Both the position numbers and the translations under genes were made by a program. Under the pieces are notes generated by a model. It was not told where the DNA came from and made no database searches. It saw only the letters and a program-made list of their open reading frames with translations. Positions 47,117-56,795 of a stretch of DNA of 64,000 bases are shown in pieces. Each line of letters starts with the position of its first letter. The first letter of the stretch is position 1. The stretch comes from Candidatus Krumholzibacteriota bacterium. GTDB taxonomy: Bacteria > Krumholzibacteriota > Krumholzibacteriia > JAJRXK01. The DNA lies in contig CAWDWO010000028.1 in the NCBI GenBank assembly GCA_963806035.1, forward strand, positions 1 through 64,000, written 5' to 3'.

Positions 47117-47701
47117 TCAGCAACCCCGCGCGAGATTGTCCAGGAAGTGCCAGTACGCGGTGATGATGCACCCCATGGTGGCGTAAATGTCTTGGCTCAC
47201 GGCAGTGCAACGATTGAACTCTTCGTAAAAGGTGACGATGGCACAGGTGTAGAACTCCTTGTGGGATGCGCTCACCGGAGTTTGCCACTCGTCCGCCTGA
47301 AGACCCTCGATGAACTCCGCGCGCGAGTCCGTGGCCGGTCCGGGCGTCCCCCGCGTGCTCAGTTCGGGCCAGCGCTGCTTCAGGCCCAAGCTCAGGATCT
47401 CCTGACGCGCCAGGAAGGCCCCCAGATCTTCGCGCGAAAATCCCAGCCGCCGGAAGGCTCCCTCTTCGTCTCGGGCCAGCAGGCGGATGCGAAGCTCCGT
47501 GCGCAGGACGGGATCACTGAGCTTGCTTTGTATCGCGGCCAGAAGCGAGAGTGCGCTGCGGAACCAGGGCTCCTCCTGCAGCTTGCCGGCCCTTTCGAAC
47601 TGGGGAGCGGTCTCTTCTTCTGCGGCGCAGCCAAAGAATAGAACCCAGGCGATGGAAATTGAGAGCAAGCAAAGGACGGTGCGTCGATACGCTCGCGACA
47701 T
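47117..47701 (-). CDS. Hypothetical lipoprotein with a 4-Cys C-terminal segment
   Basis: Basic N-terminus, hydrophobic stretch and FFGC lipobox-like motif; RBS-like gggaga upstream. Confidence 0.6.
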   Translation of the reverse strand: MSRAYRRTVLCLLSISIAWVLFFGCAAEEETAPQFERAGKLQEEPWFRSALSLLAAIQSKLSDPVLRTELRIRLLARDEEGAFRRLGFSREDLGAFLARQEILSLGLKQRWPELSTRGTPGPATDSRAEFIEGLQADEWQTPVSASHKEFYTCAIVTFYEEFNRCTAVSQDIYATMGCIITAYWHFLDNLARGC

Positions 47702-47858
47702 GAATCGTCTCCCTTCGCGGGAGGCATGACCCAATGCACTGGCAGGACCCGTACCAACAGAGGACAGTCGAGATCTGCTTCAATCTAGCCTTGGTGCGGG
47801 GCAGGAACGGAGGGCACCGTCCTGTGTCCCGCTTTCCGGACGGGGAAAGGGCGCTCGA

Positions 47859-49202
47859 CTAGGAGAGACCCGAGGGAAGATGGGTCCGCGTGAGATCGAT
47901 GTCGTAGGGAGCAATGGGGATCCTTTCGCTCAGCCCAGAGCGTACCCCTTCGCGGAATTCGGCGAGCTGCTGGTCCTGCTCGAGCTCGCTGAGCGCACCC
48001 AAACCCTCCGCTTCCGCGCGCCGCGCGTAAGGCTCTTCATCGTGCACCACGAGTTTGGACAGGTAGAGCTGGTCACCCGCGCGCAACTCCATTCGCTCGA
48101 GTACTCTGAGCGTGGATGCAAGATGGCTCTCGAAGTACTTCTTCCCTCCGGCCCCGACGAGCACGATGACCCCCACGCGGATCGAAGCTCCGTGCAGGCT
48201 CTTCACCAGCTCGATGGCGGCCGCCGAGGCCGGCGGCTTGCCCAAAAGCCTCAAGATTTCGTCGTCACCGGATTCCAAGCCCAGATACACGCGTCGCACT
48301 CCGGCTTCCGCGAGTTGAGCGAACTCGCGCTCGCTCTTTCGCGGATGGAATCCATCGATGAAGGAATAGAAGCCTTCGAACCAGGCCTGGTGGCTGGCCT
48401 TGAACTCCGCGCGCGTGGCCGCGCTCATCGACGGATCGAGCAGGGGTATTCGTTCGGTCACCGCCTGCAGCTTCGGGAGCAGGCGCCGATTCTCCACCAT
48501 CAGTGCGTTTGCCTGTCCCAGAAAGATGCGATGATAGCGATTCAGGGAAGGGCCGAGATACGCCAGCACCTGGTCGAAGTGGCGGGCGAATTCCTCGAAG
48601 CTTCGTTCCCGGTACTGGATCTGCTTGTAAAAATTACAGAAGCTGCAGCGATTCCAGGCACAGCCCTCGGTCAGTTGCAAAACGAGCGAGGAGTAGTGAT
48701 CGGGAGGAAGAATGGGGATGGGCAGGTAGACCTGACGCACCGCCTCGCGGTCCGCCTTTAGCGCGTTCAGGTCGAAGCGGGACGCGGCAGAAAGAGCTTC
48801 CCTGGCCCACCTCGCCGGATGCGCGAGCTTTCCCCGCAGAACTGCGCAATTTTGCTGAGAATCCTCGTTTTGCAGAAGCCGCAGAGCTTCACTCGCATGC
48901 GCATGTTGCCGGGCCAAGAAGCGCAGGCAATCCGCCGGGGGATCGAGATGTTGCCGCGCGCGATGAGGGACTCTCACGATCTTCGAAACGAGGAGGCGGC
49001 TGTCCAGCGTGCGCCGGTAGCTCACGCCGTCCTTCTGCACGGAGATGATGCGGCCGGCATCATCGAAGTGAATGGCGTGGTCGCGTGGCAGCTCCAGACG
49101 CAGAACCTGCGGTCGCGAGCCCAGCTCGAATTGCACTTTGTTGGAAGACCCGATCGCGACGACGGGTTCGTGACCCGGCTCGAACTGCCAGCCGTCATTC
49201 AT
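47859..49202 (-). CDS. Radical SAM protein (CX4CX2C type)
   Basis: LQLTEGCAWNRCSFCNFY and VYLGLESG motifs. Confidence 0.88.
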   Translation of the reverse strand: MNDGWQFEPGHEPVVAIGSSNKVQFELGSRPQVLRLELPRDHAIHFDDAGRIISVQKDGVSYRRTLDSRLLVSKIVRVPHRARQHLDPPADCLRFLARQHAHASEALRLLQNEDSQQNCAVLRGKLAHPARWAREALSAASRFDLNALKADREAVRQVYLPIPILPPDHYSSLVLQLTEGCAWNRCSFCNFYKQIQYRERSFEEFARHFDQVLAYLGPSLNRYHRIFLGQANALMVENRRLLPKLQAVTERIPLLDPSMSAATRAEFKASHQAWFEGFYSFIDGFHPRKSEREFAQLAEAGVRRVYLGLESGDDEILRLLGKPPASAAAIELVKSLHGASIRVGVIVLVGAGGKKYFESHLASTLRVLERMELRAGDQLYLSKLVVHDEEPYARRAEAEGLGALSELEQDQQLAEFREGVRSGLSERIPIAPYDIDLTRTHLPSGLS

Positions 49203-51103
49203 TTCCCTGGCTCACGCACTGTATCGTCCCACTGCTTCCACCCGTCTCCCAGCACTTCCAGAATCGCCGGTGCCATCTCGTAGTGGCCCAGCGGCGGCAT
49301 GATGTAGGCGCCCTGCACACGGTCGCGCAAACTCAGAAGCGACTCCTGGGCAATTTTCACGCCCTCGGCGCGCGCCGCTTTGCCCGGTTTTACCGATTTC
49401 ATGCGCTGGCGGATCTCCTCGGGGATACTCATCCCCGGCACGTTCGCGTGCAGAAATTCCGCATTGCGGTAACTGGCCAAGGGGAGCAATCCGAGCAAGA
49501 TGGGAATCCCGAGATGTTCGATGTCCTTCAGGAAGCGCTCGACGCGGCGGGGATCGTAAACGGGTTGCGTCATGACGAAGTCTGCCCCCGCCTGCACCTT
49601 CTTCTCCAGGCGACGGAGCTCTCGTTCGTAATCCATGGCCGCGGGCTCGGCTCCGGTCCCCACCCAGAATTGGGTAGGGGCGTCGAGAGCTTTGCCGGTG
49701 GGATCGAGTCCGTGATTGTACGAGCGCACCCAGTGCAAGAGCCCAATGCTGTCCAGATCGTACACCGCGGTGGCGTCAGGATAGTCTCCCACCTTGGGAG
49801 GATCCCCGGTGATGATGAGGATGTTGCGGATTCCCAGGGCATGCGCGCCCAGAAGGTCGCTCTGCAGGCCCAGCAAATTGCGGTCGCGGCAGCAGACGTG
49901 GAGCAACACTTCGGCCTCGGTCTGTTGCCGCATGAGAAGCGCCATCGCCAGATTGCTCATTCGTACGCTGGCCCGCGGGCCATCCGCGATGTTGATGATG
50001 TCCACGCCGGCCTCGGTGAGCATTTGCGCGGCCGCGATGCTTTCGCTGGGATCCAGGCCGCCGGGAGGATTCACCTCGACGGAGACCACGAACTTTCCCG
50101 AACTCACTTTGCGCGCGAAGACGCTTCTTTCCTCCACAGGAACCCGTTCGACGCCAACCGGGTTGTCCTGACGGAGCTCGACCGTGGTCACGCGAGCTTC
50201 TTCCTCGCGCGGCACCGCGATGGCGCCACCCATCATTCGCACCGCGCTACGCAGCCGACGGATGTGCTCGGGAGTGGTTCCGCAGCACCCGCCCACCGCG
50301 GAGATGCCCGCCTTCAGCATCCGGCGGCCCATCACTCCGAAGAACTCCGGGTTGGCCACGTAGATCGTGCGGCCCTCCAGGCTCTTGGGCGAGCCCGCAT
50401 TGGGCTGGCAGATCACCGGCACGCCGTGTCCGAGCATGCGCCGGCTCATTTCGAAGACGAGCTGCGGCCCCTCGCCACAGTTGGCGCCGATGACGTCCGC
50501 TCCCCATTCGATCAGCGCCTCCGCGACCGCCTCGGGAGTGCTCCCGTCGCTCAACCTCTCATCGGTCTCGAAGCGAAAGGTCGCGACGAGGGGGACGTCG
50601 GGGAACTTCTCCTTGGCCAGCCGGGTCACGAGGTGCGCTTCCGCCAGCTGGGAGAAGGTCTCCAGAAGAAGAAAATCCACTCCCCCGTCGAGCAGCCCGC
50701 GCATCTGCTCGTAGTAGATCTCGCGGCATTCTTCCGCGGCCGGTCCGAGAAAATGCGCCGTGCCCAGTCCGGTGGGGCCGATCGCTCCCGCCACCCACGC
50801 GCGCCGTCCCGCCGCTTCTTGCGCCAGCTCCGCTGCCGCCCGATTGATCTCCCCCACCTTGTCCTGCAGATCGAAATGCGACAGCCGGATGCGATTGGCC
50901 CCGTAGCTGTTGGTGGTCAGAACTTCCGCCCCGGCCTCCAGATAGTCGCGGTGAACCTTGAGAACCAACCCGGCGCGGGTCAGGTTCAATTCCTCGAAGG
51001 AGTTCGTCAGGTAGACCCCGCGGCGGTACAGCTCGGTGCCAATCGCGCCGTCGAAGAGCAACGGGCGTTCCTTGAGAATTTCCAAGAACGGATGCGCGCT
51101 CAC
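49199..51103 (-). CDS. yitJ: Bifunctional homocysteine S-methyltransferase/methylenetetrahydrofolate reductase
   Basis: FDGAIGT, GANC and GGCCGTTPEHI motifs; MTHFR domain with INIADGPRA, RDRN, TGDPP and MTQPVY; GTG start. Confidence 0.92.
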   Translation of the reverse strand: MSAHPFLEILKERPLLFDGAIGTELYRRGVYLTNSFEELNLTRAGLVLKVHRDYLEAGAEVLTTNSYGANRIRLSHFDLQDKVGEINRAAAELAQEAAGRRAWVAGAIGPTGLGTAHFLGPAAEECREIYYEQMRGLLDGGVDFLLLETFSQLAEAHLVTRLAKEKFPDVPLVATFRFETDERLSDGSTPEAVAEALIEWGADVIGANCGEGPQLVFEMSRRMLGHGVPVICQPNAGSPKSLEGRTIYVANPEFFGVMGRRMLKAGISAVGGCCGTTPEHIRRLRSAVRMMGGAIAVPREEEARVTTVELRQDNPVGVERVPVEERSVFARKVSSGKFVVSVEVNPPGGLDPSESIAAAQMLTEAGVDIINIADGPRASVRMSNLAMALLMRQQTEAEVLLHVCCRDRNLLGLQSDLLGAHALGIRNILIITGDPPKVGDYPDATAVYDLDSIGLLHWVRSYNHGLDPTGKALDAPTQFWVGTGAEPAAMDYERELRRLEKKVQAGADFVMTQPVYDPRRVERFLKDIEHLGIPILLGLLPLASYRNAEFLHANVPGMSIPEEIRQRMKSVKPGKAARAEGVKIAQESLLSLRDRVQGAYIMPPLGHYEMAPAILEVLGDGWKQWDDTVREPGK

Positions 51104-53058
51104 TTGATGAGCTTCTCCATTTCCGTCAGGGTTTTCTCGAAGCTGTCCAGGGCGGACTCGATGGCGTCGGGCTTCGTGAGGTCGACCCCCGCCTTCCTCA
51201 GCAGATCCAGCGGAGGCTCGCTGCAGCCGCCGCTCAACATGGCCAAGAAGCCCTCTTGTGCCTCTTTGGGATGATCGCCGCGCAAACCGTTGGCAATGGC
51301 GATTCCGCTCGAGAGCCCGGTGGCATAGGTGTACACGTAGTACTTGTAATAAAAGTGCGGGATGTAAGCCCACTCCATGCCGTCGTTCTCGTCCACGGTA
51401 TAAGCTGGACCGTAGTAACGCTTGATGAGGTCCTTGTAGGTCTTGTCCAGCAGGCTCGCGGTGACGGGAGTTCCCGCCTCCAGAAAGCCGTGAACGCTGC
51501 GCTCAAATTCCGCGAAGAGAGTTTGCCGATAGATCGTGGTGCGAATTTTCTCGAGCCGGTTGCTCAAGAGATACGCGCGCTCCGCGTCGTCCTTTGCCTG
51601 GGAAAGGAGATAGTCTCCCAGCAGGGCTTCGTTGCAAGTACTCGCGATCTCGGCCAGAAAGGGGACGTAGCGGAAATTGGGATAGGGCTGATGGGTCATC
51701 GCCAGGTGACTATGGATGGCGTGCCCGAATTCGTGCGCCAGAGTCGATTCGTCGTCTTGGCTGTTCTGGAAGTTCAAGAGGACGTAGGGATGATTCCCGT
51801 ACACGCTCGAAGAGAACGCCCCGCTCTGCTTGTAGCGCTGTGGGTAGATGTCAATCCAACCGTTGCTGGGATCGGTCCCCTCCTCGAGGATCTTGTGGTA
51901 GTCGGAACCGAGCGGCGCGAGGGCCTTCAGGATCACCGACCGTGCCTGATCGAAGGTGACTTCCTTCTCCACTCCCTTGGTCATGGGACGGTAGAGGTCA
52001 TAGAGGTGCAGATCGCTCAGACCCATCGCCTTCTTGCGGAGAGCCATGTAGCGATGGAGTAGATCCAGGCGCGAATTCACGGTCTCGATGAGATTGTCGT
52101 ACACCGAAGTGGGGAGTCCGTCCTTGTCCATGTAGGCTTGCAGGGCGGTGTCGTAGCCGCGCGCGCGCGCCAAGGAAACGTCGAGTTGATCCTGGCCGGC
52201 CAGAGTGGCCGCGAAAGCATGCTGGTATTGACGTAGGGTCGAGAAGAACGCGGTAACTGCTTCCTTGCGTACTTCCCGATTGGGGGAACTACGGAAGCGC
52301 TCGTAGCTCGCCAGGGTCATCTGGACTTCCTTGCCCTCGTCGTCGTGGACCATGGGCCAGGGAATGTCGGTGAGCAGCGCGGTGAACGCCGTCTCTAGTG
52401 GAGAGGGAATCTCGTTGAGGTCGATCTCCGCCCACAGGTTGTCGCCCATGAGACCCAAAATGCGCTCGGACTCGGGGCTCAAAACCCGGGAGCGGCGGCG
52501 GCGCAGATTCTCGATGTAGGCGCGGAAATCCTTCATCCCCGGTTCTTCAGCGTAGGCCTTCTGCATGGTCCCATCGTCGATTGCCAAGAGCTCGCTGCGA
52601 ATGAAGGAAGCCTTGCGCATGAGTTCGTCCATCAGAGCCAGGGCTTGGGTCTCCATGGCCTGCGCATGGTCGTCATTCTGGGCGACGCTGGAGCGCAGGT
52701 TCGCGTAGAGCGTGCAGTGATTGATGCGATTGTGCAGATCGAAATAGAGCACCAGGCAGGAATCCAACTGCTGCGGATCGCTCAGAGTTCCTTTGAAAGC
52801 CACCAGGTTGGGGATCTGCTTCTCCAAGCTGTCCATCGCCTCTTGCCAGGCCGCCTCATCCGGAAAGAGTGGGGTGAGATCCCATCGGTATTGCACCGGC
52901 ACCTCCTCGCGCAATGCATTGGGGTCGGGAACATAGTTGGAATCGTCGGCTCGCGCCGGCTTCTGTGCACTGAGCAGACCCGCGAAGACGGCGCAGAGAA
53001 TCAAGGACAAGCCGAGACCACCTGGCTGCAAGACGCGACGCAGCGTGAATTTCCTCAT
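51100..53058 (-). CDS. pepF: Oligoendopeptidase F (M3B) with a signal peptide
   Basis: TLAHEFGHAIH, AEIAST.NE and WAYIPHFY motifs; N-terminal signal peptide (ARA|DD). Confidence 0.93.
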   Translation of the reverse strand: MRKFTLRRVLQPGGLGLSLILCAVFAGLLSAQKPARADDSNYVPDPNALREEVPVQYRWDLTPLFPDEAAWQEAMDSLEKQIPNLVAFKGTLSDPQQLDSCLVLYFDLHNRINHCTLYANLRSSVAQNDDHAQAMETQALALMDELMRKASFIRSELLAIDDGTMQKAYAEEPGMKDFRAYIENLRRRRSRVLSPESERILGLMGDNLWAEIDLNEIPSPLETAFTALLTDIPWPMVHDDEGKEVQMTLASYERFRSSPNREVRKEAVTAFFSTLRQYQHAFAATLAGQDQLDVSLARARGYDTALQAYMDKDGLPTSVYDNLIETVNSRLDLLHRYMALRKKAMGLSDLHLYDLYRPMTKGVEKEVTFDQARSVILKALAPLGSDYHKILEEGTDPSNGWIDIYPQRYKQSGAFSSSVYGNHPYVLLNFQNSQDDESTLAHEFGHAIHSHLAMTHQPYPNFRYVPFLAEIASTCNEALLGDYLLSQAKDDAERAYLLSNRLEKIRTTIYRQTLFAEFERSVHGFLEAGTPVTASLLDKTYKDLIKRYYGPAYTVDENDGMEWAYIPHFYYKYYVYTYATGLSSGIAIANGLRGDHPKEAQEGFLAMLSGGCSEPPLDLLRKAGVDLTKPDAIESALDSFEKTLTEMEKLIK

Positions 53059-53230
53059 TGAGATCACCTCGATAAAATCCGAACAGGAGTGTACGTAGGC
53101 AAGATCGGTCGCTTCGTCGATCTCGCGATTCAAGGAGGATCGATCATTCAGCAGCCCGGGTCAAGGGAGCGAGAGGATTCCAGCGTGTGCTCTGCCCCCA
53201 AGCGATGCGCCGCGCGCGTTCGGTGAGCGA

Positions 53231-55216
53231 TTGACCGTGAATCTGCGCAGTGCCACACTCAGCGCCATGCACGCGGCTCTACCCCTCCTCTCTCCTCTGC
53301 TGTGGATCCGTTTCGGCCTGGGTTGCGTCGTGGTTCTTGGCCTCCCCGGCTATTTGCTGGCAGGGCGCTGGCTGCGCGAGCAGGACCTCCTCAGCCGCTG
53401 CATGGTCTCGCTCTGCGCGGGTCTCGCGCTGCCCTTCCTTTACTCCGCGTTCTTGGGGCGTTTCGGGCTCCCCTTTCGCCCCGCATTCTACCTGGGAACC
53501 GTCCTCATTCTGGCCCTGCTCAGTTGGCTCTGGCCGGCCTGGCGCAATGCGATCGCGGGCTGGACCGAGGGAGTGCGAGTTCTCACCCGGCTGGAAATTT
53601 CATTGGCAATGGCTGCGATGCTTCTGAGCCTGGCGCTGCTCGTGACGGGCTTTCATCGTTTGCCCGCGCCACCCCACATTCACGATGCCTCCAACCACGC
53701 CTGGCTCACCCTGCGGATCGTGCAGTGTTCGAGTCTGGATCTTTCACTCATCAACGCGGATCTGGCCGGCGCGGTGAAAGTCGGGTATCTGCCCGGAATC
53801 CACGCGGCGGCCGCTCTCATCGCCCGGGTCTCCGGAGTGGCCCCGTACATCTCGGTGTGGATGCTCGCGCTTGTCTTGTGCGCGATGATCCCCGGTGCGT
53901 TCTCCCTCTTGTGGCGAAGCTGGCGAGTGCCCCCCTCGACCCTCGGCCTGGCACTTCTTCTGTGCGTGGCGAATCCCCTGGGCCCCGGCGGAATTCTGGG
54001 CTGGGGAGGCTTTGGGCAGATCGCCGGCTTCTTCCTGGTGCCCCTTGGCGTTTTGGCCCTGCGATCGGCGTGGCGTGATTTCTCCTGGAGCGCGAGTCTG
54101 GCGGCGGGATTCCTTCTCGGGGCCCTGATCTTCGTGCACGCGAGCGAGTTGATCGTGGTACTGGGGGCGACGCTGCTGGCGCTGGAGCGGAGGATTCATC
54201 CCAGCTGGCGAAGCTCGGTCGTGCTGATCGCGGCGCTCGTCTTCGTCTGTGGCCCGGAAGTTTGGCAAGTGTACCGAGGGTACCCGAGTCTGGTCGCGTC
54301 GGAGTTGCCGCACCGCAAGGAGTTCCTCGATTCCCTCACGCGGCTCTGGCGTTCGGGAGGCCGCGGTCCCGTTCTGCAACTCCTTCTACCTGTGGGGTGG
54401 ATTCTCGGCTTCAGGAGTTCTTGGGCGCGTCGCCTCGTCCTCGCGAGCCTGGCGCTCGGCATCTTCTATCTCTTCTTGCAGAGCTACGCGGATCCCCTCA
54501 CGCGTCTGCTCGCGACACCCTTCTACCGGCAGGCTCCGCGCATCCTCTACTTGCAGTTCTATCTCTTGCCGCCGCTTCTCGCCTTGCCCCTCACGCGCAT
54601 GCTCGAAATGGCGCCGCCGAGTTCCGCGGCCGAGAAGGCGCGTTCCGGCCGCCGCGTGCTGGCGCATGCGCTGCTCGCAGTCCTGCTGGCATCGGCCCTG
54701 TGGAGTGGTTTCTCCCGCGAATTGCGCAACTATCGCTCCAGTGACGCAACCGTTCCCTTCACGCGCGACGACTATCGGCAGGCATGCACCCTCGCCACGC
54801 TCGTGCCTCCGAACTCGATCGTGGCCAACCTCTGGGACGACGGCAGCGTGTGGGCCATGCACGTGAGTGGCCGGCGTTTCTTGCAACCCTGCTCCTGGCC
54901 TCTCTTCGACGCCAAGGGGCGGTCCCTGCACGAAGTGACGCGGGGTTTGGTGGAAACGCCGTGGCCCGAGGAGACCGCGCGTTTGTTAGGACGCCTGCGG
55001 ATCCACTATCTCTATCTGAGTGACGGAGTCTTCGGCCAGGGCAGCGGCCTTCATCGAGAAGATCTGCAGGATGATCCTCGCTTCGAAGCCGTGCTCCCGG
55101 GTGCGCAGTCCACGCTCTACCGCATCCATGGCGTCATCGACACGGACGACGGGGGACACGCCAGCACAGTGGAAGGTTCGAAGCGCCCTGGCGGCGGCCT
55201 CACTCCTTCGCGCTGA
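53231..55216 (+). CDS. Polytopic membrane protein, possibly GT-C/DUF6541-like
   Basis: Many TM segments, HDASNH loop, soluble C-terminal domain. Confidence 0.65.
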   Translation: MTVNLRSATLSAMHAALPLLSPLLWIRFGLGCVVVLGLPGYLLAGRWLREQDLLSRCMVSLCAGLALPFLYSAFLGRFGLPFRPAFYLGTVLILALLSWLWPAWRNAIAGWTEGVRVLTRLEISLAMAAMLLSLALLVTGFHRLPAPPHIHDASNHAWLTLRIVQCSSLDLSLINADLAGAVKVGYLPGIHAAAALIARVSGVAPYISVWMLALVLCAMIPGAFSLLWRSWRVPPSTLGLALLLCVANPLGPGGILGWGGFGQIAGFFLVPLGVLALRSAWRDFSWSASLAAGFLLGALIFVHASELIVVLGATLLALERRIHPSWRSSVVLIAALVFVCGPEVWQVYRGYPSLVASELPHRKEFLDSLTRLWRSGGRGPVLQLLLPVGWILGFRSSWARRLVLASLALGIFYLFLQSYADPLTRLLATPFYRQAPRILYLQFYLLPPLLALPLTRMLEMAPPSSAAEKARSGRRVLAHALLAVLLASALWSGFSRELRNYRSSDATVPFTRDDYRQACTLATLVPPNSIVANLWDDGSVWAMHVSGRRFLQPCSWPLFDAKGRSLHEVTRGLVETPWPEETARLLGRLRIHYLYLSDGVFGQGSGLHREDLQDDPRFEAVLPGAQSTLYRIHGVIDTDDGGHASTVEGSKRPGGGLTPSR

Positions 55217-56123
55217 CCGAAGGCGGGAGATGGGATTTCAGCCATCGGCTGAGATCGCGCGCCGATTCCTCGCGGCTGAAGCCCTTGCGGTAATACAGAG
55301 AAATGAGCCGATGAGGTTTCGGATCGGCGAAGGGCACGATCCTCACCGGAGAGTTCTCCCGCAGCGCGGAAACACCACCGTAAGGATGCACGGCCAGCGC
55401 CGGCAGCAGCGTGCAGCCCACTCCGGCCGCCACCATGTTGCGCAGAGTCTCCAGACTGCTCCCCCGCAAAAGCTCACGCGCCGGTGAGGCGGCCGTCCGG
55501 CAGATTTCCAGAATCTGGTCGCGCAGGCAGTGCCCTTCATCCAACAAAAGGAGGGCTTCATGCCTGATCTCCCGCTGCCGCAGCGTTTCCCTCTGCGCCA
55601 GTGGGTGCGAGGCCGGCGCGGCCAGGAAGAAATCTTCGCGGTAGAGATCGACGCGCGTCAGACCATCTTCCTGCAAGGGAGGTGAGAGCAGCGCCGCATC
55701 GAGCCTTCCCAGGCGGAGTTCGGCCACCAGCTCCTGCGTTTGCTGTTCCACCAGATGCAATTCCAGCTCGGGATGGTCGGCGCGAAGGACTTCCACCACG
55801 TGCGGCATGAGGTAGGGGCCGACGGTGGGTATCGTGCCCAGGCGAAAGACTCCGCTCAAGGATGCCCGCACGGACCGGGCCATTCCCTCCAGACGCTCGA
55901 GCTCGAAGAGAATGACGCGCGCCTGCCCGACGAGCTGTTCGCCTAGCTGCGAAGGAATGACCTGGCGCCGCGAGCGCTCGAAGAGGCGCGCGCCGAGATC
56001 CTCCTCCAAGCGCTTCAGACCCGCGCTCAAAGAGGGCTGCGCCACGTGGCAGGCCGCCGCCGCGCGTCCGAAATGACGGTGCTCGGCCAGGGCCACCAGA
56101 TAGCGTAATTCCTGGATTGTCAT
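55200..56123 (-). CDS. oxyR: H2O2-sensing LysR regulator OxyR
   Basis: MTIQELRYLVALAEHRHFGRAAAACHVAQPSLS; redox cysteine pair GHCLRDQILEIC; SLETLRNMVAAG. Confidence 0.93.
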   Translation of the reverse strand: MTIQELRYLVALAEHRHFGRAAAACHVAQPSLSAGLKRLEEDLGARLFERSRRQVIPSQLGEQLVGQARVILFELERLEGMARSVRASLSGVFRLGTIPTVGPYLMPHVVEVLRADHPELELHLVEQQTQELVAELRLGRLDAALLSPPLQEDGLTRVDLYREDFFLAAPASHPLAQRETLRQREIRHEALLLLDEGHCLRDQILEICRTAASPARELLRGSSLETLRNMVAAGVGCTLLPALAVHPYGGVSALRENSPVRIVPFADPKPHRLISLYYRKGFSREESARDLSRWLKSHLPPSVSAKE

Positions 56124-56132
56124 GGTCCTATG

Positions 56133-56178
56133 ATAGATTATGTCTATCGGTTTTACAATGAGAATCAATTGGCTCTAT
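56133..56178. promoter_or_regulatory. OxyR-type operator in the oxyR/dps divergent region
   Basis: ATAG-N7-CTAT at 56133-56147 and ATCA-N7-CTAT at 56164-56178. Confidence 0.7.
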
Positions 56179-56262
56179 CAATTTGCCGTGACGAACTTGT
56201 CCCCGTTGGAGAAAACTCGAGAACCCGTCCCGGCGCCGCAGCGGGCGCCACGAAGGAGAGAG

Positions 56263-56727
56263 ATGATGAACACCGCCACCGATCCCTTGCAGAACCAAGC
56301 CGTCGCCGAAGCCGCGGGCAAGCTCTTGGCCGATTCCTACACGCTCTATCTGAAGACCCACAACTACCACTGGAACGTGGTGGGGCCGATGTTCAATTCC
56401 CTGCACCTCCTCTTCGAGAGCCAGTACACCGAGCTGGCACAGGCGGTGGACGAGATCGCCGAGCGCATTCGCGCTCTCGGTCACCACGCACCCGGTTCCT
56501 ACGCTGAATTCAGCCAGCTGTCGAACATGGAAGAGGCGCAGCCCAATACCAGCGCGCAGGACATGCTCCGGCATCTCGCGAACGACCAGCGCCAGCTCGC
56601 TGCCTCCGCCATGGCTCTGCTGGAGGTGGCCGAAGAGAAGGGCGACGCCGCCACCGTCGACCTGGCGACACGCCGAATCGAGACTCATCAGAAGAACGCG
56701 TGGATGCTGCAGAGCCACCTCGAGTGA
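56263..56727 (+). CDS. dps: DNA starvation/stationary-phase protection protein Dps
   Basis: KTHNYHWNVVGPMFNSLHLLFE, DEIAERI and HQKNAWML motifs. Confidence 0.96.
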   Translation: MMNTATDPLQNQAVAEAAGKLLADSYTLYLKTHNYHWNVVGPMFNSLHLLFESQYTELAQAVDEIAERIRALGHHAPGSYAEFSQLSNMEEAQPNTSAQDMLRHLANDQRQLAASAMALLEVAEEKGDAATVDLATRRIETHQKNAWMLQSHLE

Positions 56728-56795
56728 GGGCCCGGCGCCTAGATCACAATTCCGAGAGAGGAGATGGCGGGGAAGTTCAACGGTCGCGGCGGTGG

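Noticed and set aside
47117..49202. Radical SAM RiPP cluster with the Cys-rich ORF as precursor
   Set aside because: No SPASM or RRE domain is visible, and the candidate substrate looks exported and is too long for a typical precursor
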